Program-made: the position numbers and the translations under genes
Assembly: GCA_025558095.1 (NCBI GenBank)
Contig: JAIVFI010000028.1
Location: 310,001 to 374,000 of the forward strand
Reading direction: 5' to 3'
DNA length: 64,000 nt
Source: Hyaloraphidium curvatum SAG 235-1
Taxonomy: Eukaryota; Fungi; Monoblepharomycota
Shown here: positions 57,661 through 64,000 of the stretch, in pieces
How the letters are laid out: each line of letters opens with the position of its first letter
How positions within the stretch are numbered: position 1 is the stretch's first letter
The notes under the pieces: model-generated
What the model saw: the letters and a program-made list of their open reading frames with translations, nothing else
The model's database searches: none
What the model was told of the DNA's origin: nothing

Positions 57661-58362
57661 ATGAGCGCCGGTGGTCCACCTCCCGAGCTGTGTGCTCTCC
57701 TCGAGTCGTTTTCCTCGGGCAACGCCTTCCCGAGGGTCATCGTGTTCGATCTGGACCACACGCTCTGGCCGCTCTTCCTGTGCCGCTCCGCAGGGCCCCC
57801 GTTCAAACGCGCTGGCACGGGCCCGCATGGAAATCTCCTTCACGACTCGCAGGGAAGGCGATTCGGTTTCTTTCCGGACGTGCCGGGGATTCTGCGTTGG
57901 CTGTCGAAGGTCATGGAGCGCCGCAGCTTGCAGATCGCCATCGCGTCGCGATCTGAGCAGCCTGCGTGGTGCAGGGACGTTCTGGGACTCTTACCGCTTG
58001 GATTTGAGTTGGGAAGCCCTCAACCGGTGGCTTCGGACATTCTTGCGCCCGAACTCGTCCATATCATACCGAGAACGTCCAAGAAGACCCACCTGGCAAA
58101 GATCATGACTGCCGCGGGGATTTCCTCGCACGAAGCGCTTTTCTTCGACGACGAACGGACCAACGTCAATGTCGCCAACGCCATGGGAGTTGTAGCGATC
58201 GAGGTGGGGACTCGGACGGGGCGCGCGGAAGGCAAAGCCGGCCTGACATGGGCGGCGTTTGCGGACGGTCTCCGCGTTTACGCCGCGAAGCGCAAGTCGT
58301 CGGCGATCCTCACGTCTTGGATCAAGAAGCGGCCTCGCGACGAGGTTGAGGATGAAGAGTGA
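57661..58362 (+). CDS. Magnesium-dependent phosphatase-1 (HAD IIIC)
   Basis: VFDLDHTLWP, IAIASRS, SKKTH and LFFDDE..N. Confidence 0.9.
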   Translation: MSAGGPPPELCALLESFSSGNAFPRVIVFDLDHTLWPLFLCRSAGPPFKRAGTGPHGNLLHDSQGRRFGFFPDVPGILRWLSKVMERRSLQIAIASRSEQPAWCRDVLGLLPLGFELGSPQPVASDILAPELVHIIPRTSKKTHLAKIMTAAGISSHEALFFDDERTNVNVANAMGVVAIEVGTRTGRAEGKAGLTWAAFADGLRVYAAKRKSSAILTSWIKKRPRDEVEDEE

Positions 58363-58393
58363 TTGTATTCCTGGAAAGGCCGCAAATGTCAGA

Positions 58394-60011
58394 CTACTCC
58401 TCTTCCGAGCTTGATTCGGCGGAGCTCGATTCGTCGCTATCGCTGCCCGCGCTCTTCGTCTTCCGCGGTCGGTCATCCCCTGTTTTGCCGTAGACCTGTA
58501 TCCGTCCGTGTTCAGTCCCGAAAAGCAGAGTTCTCAGTCGGGCCAAATCACCCACGTCTTCCCATTTCGCAGTCGCGGCATCCATGTCCACCGGCACGCG
58601 CTTCAGGTGATCCTTCAGCAGCTTGTTCATCTGGAACATGGTGACCACGCGACGTTGGCTGAAAACCGCCTTCAACTTGTCGTCGGTCAGGATGTCCCGT
58701 TTGTCCGCCGGATCTTGGAGGCCCTTGGCACGGATGTAGATCCACAGGTGCTTGACTACCGTCGGTCGTGCCATTGTTTGGACCTCGCTGTCCACGCTGG
58801 AAGGGAACAACAAGTCAGCAGGAGCAGGACGACGGAACTAAATCCTTCCTTACGTTTCCGCGATTACGCTCCGAAGCTCGGGACTGAGCAACTGCGGAGC
58901 ATTCCAGCCCCCACCTCCCTTTCCTCCTCCCGCGGCGGGTTTCGCTTTTCCATTCTTTGCAGGTTTCCGAGAAGAGCTTGCCCGCTTCGGGGCCTGCCCG
59001 TGCTCCGAATCGCCGTCAGACGCGTCGCCATCACTCCCGTCGTCGTCGTCCGAATCGGCCACGTCGCCGCCGAGGTCCCCGGGTTTGGAAAGGTGGTTGG
59101 ACAAGAGCTTGTTCATTCCAAAGGCGTCCACCTTTGACTTGCCAAAGACCGCCTTGAGGGCATCGTCGCAGAGAATGGAGCGCCCGTTGTTTGGGTCCTG
59201 AAGGCTATTGCCCTTGATGTAGGCCCACAACCGCTTCACCACCTGGCCGCGCGGAAGCTCCTTCTCCCCACCACACACAGCGGAAAGCTCCTCCGACAGG
59301 ATGTAGGGCTGGGAGAAGCCGCCACCGCCGCGCTTCGGCGCCCCGTCCCCGCCACCTTTCGCACGCTTGGCGACGGAGGCTCCGGCCGAAGGTGCGGCTT
59401 TCCGTTTTCCCGAACGCGAGCGCAGGCCTGTCTCCTCTTTCTGGAGAAGACGTGCCAGTTCCTCGTCCGTCATCGGCTGGCTCCGGCCCGCCTTGTTGCT
59501 GTAGGCAACAGGTTGCGACGACTTCCTCGGACGGGACTCGTCGTCCGAATCCAGATCCGAGTCCTCCACAAACTCCTCAGACATGATGGCCTTCTTGCGA
59601 CCAGGCCCACCGATGGAAGACGGAGCAGAAGGCGCTGGGGTGGGGCGGGCCTCCTTGGTGCTTTTCCCTGTTCGTCAGCGCGCCATCTCGCGGGGCAGTC
59701 CCTGATGCAATTCACCTGGGCCTCGGCTTCTCTTCCTTCTGAGGAGGAGTAGAAGTCTTTGTGGTCTTCACCTCGGTTTCCACCTTGACCGGCGCGTCTC
59801 CGCCGAGAACCTCGTCGAGCACCTCCAGGACCAACGCATCGAACTTCTTCCGCACGCCGGAAAGGTCCACATCGTTCTCCGCTTCGATTTGCGTCCGCAC
59901 CGCCTTTGCAGTGATGTTGTTGAGGTCCGCTTTGCGGAGTATCACGCGGACACGGCCTCTGAACTGGGCGACATCGATGTCCGACTGGGATTCAGCAGGT
60001 GCCTCCGACAT
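58394..60011 (-). CDS. DEK-C + two SWIB/MDM2-domain protein (UAF30/TRI1-like; about 3 exons)
   Basis: ILRKADLNNITAKAVR..IE; LSEELS......LPRGQVVKRLWAYIK.N.LQDP; RPTVVKHLW.YI....LQDPADKR.I..DDKL. Confidence 0.9.
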
Positions 60012-60167
60012 GCTGAAGCGTCTGGCGACACACGAAGGCCAAAGCTTCGGGGCGGAAGTCGCGGAGATGCAGAGCGAACGACCCGGTGGCCTTGCCCTTG
60101 GCGGCGATGGCGGCGTCTAATGTTGGGGGTTGCTGTCGCCCGCGGTCGCACACTCACCGTTCAAACA

Positions 60168-60600
60168 ATGTCCGATTCCCGCCAGCAAAGCGACAAGAAC
60201 AAGCCGACTCCCTGGGCGAAGGATTCCAATGCTGATCAGTTCGACAACCCACCGAGTGAGCATGCCGGCGGCTCACAGCGACTGCAACACGCCTGACACT
60301 TCACGATTCCTTCACCCTCCTCGCGAATGGCTCTGCTTGTCCTCCCCCTCAAAAACGCATCAACGTGCTCTACTGGCTATGTCCTTCCGCTTGACAACGC
60401 ATTCTCCTGGTTTATCCGCCATCAATAGCCGATCAGTCGAATACCCGCGACCGCGATGTGCCAGATCTGAAGGACATCAAAGTGAGTCGGCCGCCCCAGT
60501 CGATCTGTTGGCTAATCATGAAGCCCTCCAGAGCGATGCCTACAAGGGATCGGACGTGAAACAGGCGGACGACAAGGACACGGCAAAGTCCAAGATGTGA
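60168..60600 (+). CDS. Putative 69-aa hydrophilic protein ending in SKM (exons 60168-60255, 60429-60481, 60532-60600)
   Basis: Good start context (AAACAATG). Two GTGAG..YAG introns with compatible phases give an uninterrupted reading frame. Confidence 0.6.
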
Positions 60601-60627
60601 AAGATCCGAGGTGAGCAGCGGGCCGGC

Positions 60628-61457
60628 TTACTTGCTGCCCTTCTTGCTGCCTCCTTTATTGAACTTCTCGGCCTGGCTTGCCAGCTTCATCACATCGGAC
60701 TCGAGGACCTTCTTCAGCTGCTTAGGTGCCACGCTACGCTCTTGCCAGTTTGACTTTCGTAGCTTGATCGGCCGGCTGCCGACGAACTTGCCTGTAGAAA
60801 GCAAACAGTCAGACACGAACGCAAATAGCTGACTGACGAACAAACCGTTCATCTCCTTCATCGCCGCCATGTAGTCGTTTGGGTCCTTGAAGCTGACGAA
60901 GCCGTACCCCTTGGACTTGTTTGTCTTCTTATCCCGCACTACCCGAGCCTTCTGGAAGCTGGGGTACTTGCTAAAGGCGCTCCTCAGAGTTTCGTCCGTC
61001 GTCTCGTTCCCCAAGTCACCGCAGAATATGCGAAAGTCGTCTGAAGAGGAACCACGACCTGTCAGAGCGTCCCACACACGTCCCGAGCCGGAAACTCACT
61101 CGGATCCCATTCGTCGTTGAGGGTCGGATCCTCCCACACCTTTCCGCCGGCAACGCGAACCGCCACCTTGTTCTTCGGCTTCCTCTCCTCGCGTCCGAAC
61201 GCGGCCGTGAATGCCGCCTTCGGGTCGATGGCCGGGTACGGCGCGGCACCGGCACGGCCGCCGCCGCCGTGGTCCGACCGCATCGGCCCGCCTCTCGCCC
61301 CGCCGTCATAGTACGAGGACTGTGCGGCGGCTCCGCCCGAGTAGTCCGTGTATCCGGCGTAGGAATAATCCGCGGCCTGGTAACCGTAGTAGTAGGCCGC
61401 GTTGGGGTCCGAGGCGTACGCCACTGAGGCGGCATTTGGGTCTGGATAGTACGACAT
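60628..61457 (-). CDS. RBM42: RBM42-like RRM protein (3 exons)
   Basis: VRVAGGKVWEDPTL..EWDP.DFRIFCGDLGNE, KSKGYGFVSFKDP and GSRPIKLRKSNW. Confidence 0.92.
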
Positions 61458-61588
61458 TGCAAAAAGAGCCCGGCACGGGGTCGTCCGCGAGGTGGCGGGG
61501 GTTGTGGTTGCGGTGCTGCGCAGGTATGATGATCGCCCATGCGATCGCCACCCCGGGAGCACTCGCAACGACTCGCGTCGTTCTCAAA

Positions 61589-63341
61589 ATGGAGTTCGTG
61601 CGGAGCCTGCTGGAGCGATTCGTCCCGGCGGCAAAAGGTGCCGCTGATGCAGTCGCGAACGCCACGGCGGACGCCGCGGGGCCGCTGAGCGCCGCCAACG
61701 ACACCGAGCCGGCGACAGCTCCGGAGCTCCCGCCCTCGTTCCTCGGCGACAATGCAATTTACTTTGCATACGCTGCGCTCATGCTCATGGCCACGGTGCC
61801 GATCGTGGTCGGCAGTCGCAGCTCCGTCCAGTTCCCTAAGGTGGAGGCGCCCCGTGTCGCCGCTAGCGCGCCCTAATCGTCGCCGGAACCAGAAAAAGGC
61901 GGGGAGCAAACCCGGAGAGGCGGAGGAGGCACCCGAGGAGGAGGAGGAGCGCGAGTTTTTCCGCCTGGAGGACGCCAAGATGTTCCCCATCATCGGCAGC
62001 GCGACCCTCTTTGGCCTCTACCTGCTCTTCACGTACTTCGACAAGGAGTACATCAACTACCTGCTCACGGCATACTTTGCCATCCTCGGCGTGGGCGCCA
62101 TGGTCAAGGCCATCATGGCCGCGTCGCGGGCCGTTACCGGCTGGGAGCTGCGCGGCGACTACCGGATCGACATGTGGAAGAAGGACAAGGGCGAGTTCAT
62201 TGCCGCGACCCGACGGGCTCGGAGCGGATCCTGATGCTCCCTGCCAGAGATCCTCTCGTACCACTTCTCGGTCTACCTGCTGTGCGTGATCGCCTTTGCC
62301 TCGATTCTCACGGTGATCTACGTGCTGCACAAGCACTGGCTGCTGTCCAACATCTACGGGGAGGCATTCTCGACCACGGCCATCCAGCTCCTGCAGCTGG
62401 ACTCGTTCTGGACTGGTATCATTCTCCTGTCGGGGCTCTTTCTCTACGACATCTTTTGGGTCTTCTTCACGCCTGTGATGGTCACCGTGGCCAAGAGCTT
62501 CGATGCGCCGATCAAGGTCGTTTTCCCCAAGGATGTCGGGCAGCTGGGCCTCGCCGGTCTTTTCCGAGCGCCCCCGCGGGGTGTCCACTTCACGATGTTG
62601 GGGCTGGGCGACATCGTCATCCCTGGTGGGTCCTCGCTAGCAATCGTTCCTGCTTTGGGCTCACTGCGGCGCTGTCAGGCATCTTCATTGCCCTTTGCTT
62701 GCGGTTCGACCACCACATGCACCTGCAGCGGCTGAAGAAGAAGAAGAAGGATAGCCCGAAGCCGACGTGGAACTTCCCCAAGCCGTACTTCACCCACTGC
62801 CTCATCAGCTACGTCCTGGGGCTCGTGACGACCGTCGTGGTCATGCACACCTTCCAAGCCGCTCAGGTGAGATCTTATTGTTCCTCCATGGGCTACAGGT
62901 AGCTTACGACGTTGATACTTGCAGCCTGCGCTGCTTTACCTCTCTCCGGCGTGCATTTTGTCGGTTTTGGGGACGGCTTTTGCACGTGGCGAGGTCAAGG
63001 AGCTGTTTGCGTACTCGGAAGCTCCGGATGAGCCGACTGCCGACGGTGCTGCGTCCAACGGGAAGACGGACTCCGAGAAGGACGGTTCGCCGCCGAAAGG
63101 CACTCAAAAGATGGCGAAAGAGCAGAAGAAGCTGCCTGCAGGGGAGGGGAAGGGCAGCGCGAATGGAGAGGCCAGCTCACCTGCTGGAGGGCCGAACAAA
63201 CGCGCGAGGCGGTTGCAGGCCAAGCTTTCCCGCGAGTCGGGCGAAGTCGTCGAAACGCGGGACGTTGTTGTGGGGGACGAAGACTTTTCCGTGAAGGAAA
63301 TGGCGGCTTTTCGAGCGAGCAAGATCACCGGTGCTCGCTAA
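61589..63341 (+). CDS. Signal peptide peptidase (A22B, HM13-like; 5 exons)
   Basis: LYDIFWVF (YD), LGLGDIVIPG (GxGD) and QPALLYL. Confidence 0.95.
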
Positions 63342-63361
63342 CGAATACACCGCGGATAACC

Positions 63362-64000
63362 TCATCGTTCCCTGGACAATGCCTGCAACAGGCTCTTTGA
63401 CTGCGGCCTCCCGTTTCTCCTGTCGTCCTTCGCGACGCGCGTCTCCACAGAGGCTCCGGACCCTCTGGAAATCGCTTCCGCGCCGGGCTGTGAATCCGAG
63501 GATTTGCCGACGGTGAAGGTCCGTCCCTTGCCTCCCAAGCGGTCGTTTGTGTCCGCTTTCGCAAACTTGGACAGAGCACCGGGGCTTCTGTTCAGCAGCG
63601 AACGACTGTTCTGGATGCTATGCTGGCGACGTTTCTTTACCGCGAACCACGGCTTAGATTCCCCCTAACATGCAGTGAGAAGGAAGGAACACACCGTGGC
63701 GGAGTCCGGATGAAGGCGATCTCTGCCTTTCCGGGGTGTTTTGCGCGATCGATCGAGGATCTCGAATGCGCCCTCCTCGTCAGAAGATGCATCCTTGCGA
63801 GGTGACGCGGGACGTATTGCCAGTGACGGACGAGTGTCCACTGCTGTCGCATCCTGCGAAGCAATGCATGAGGTCACGTCAGCAGTCCCGAAAGGTCATC
63901 CAAGCACGTACCTCTTCCTTCGTCTCTCCATCTTCGTCCTCGTCAAAAAGACGCCATTGAGGGCGCTTCTTTTTCCTGGTTTTCTCGGCGTCCGATCCCG
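63362..64000 (-). CDS. 3' part of a gene entering from beyond the window; weak resemblance to the Claspin/Mrc1 C-terminus
   Basis: Spliced acidic/basic exons. The last exon reads SLLNRSPGALSKFAK...GRTFTV...SLLQALSRER-stop. Confidence 0.4.

Overview
This is GC-rich, very gene-dense eukaryotic DNA with many short (mostly about 50-60 nt) spliceosomal introns. Gene content points to an early-diverging (zoosporic) fungus, and the style suggests a monoblepharid such as Hyaloraphidium; that assignment is inference only. I reconstructed about 38 protein-coding genes by eye, many of them spliced and so broken or missing in the ORF track. Most are housekeeping: OCH1-like GT32, cyclin, U2SURP, enoyl-CoA hydratase, GPAT, CDF zinc transporter, MAK21, SQR, GGC1, MINDY DUB, NAD kinase, SNF4, UBFD1, uL22m, ERV25, CKS1, SET9, MDP-1, SWIB protein, RBM42 and signal peptide peptidase. 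Genes are mostly arranged as tight head-to-head pairs. I saw no tRNA, rRNA, CRISPR array or transposon. Main candidates for novelty: (1) a ~1,500-aa protein built from repeated two-RRM (A-B) modules, head-to-head with a MOB1 that lacks the Thr35 phospho-switch and close to an atypical PTTLRE CDK; (2) a candidate gustatory-receptor/DUF3537-like 7TM ion channel; (3) a hidden 3-exon, 69-aa hydrophilic gene ending in SKM; (4) a divergent thioesterase/esterase pair that both end in PTS1-like signals; (5) a GPI-type double-CHRD protein; (6) an importin-alpha paralogue with no IBB domain; (7) a stand-alone Phactr/Bni4-type PP1-binding module. All family calls come from motif recognition; no searches were run.
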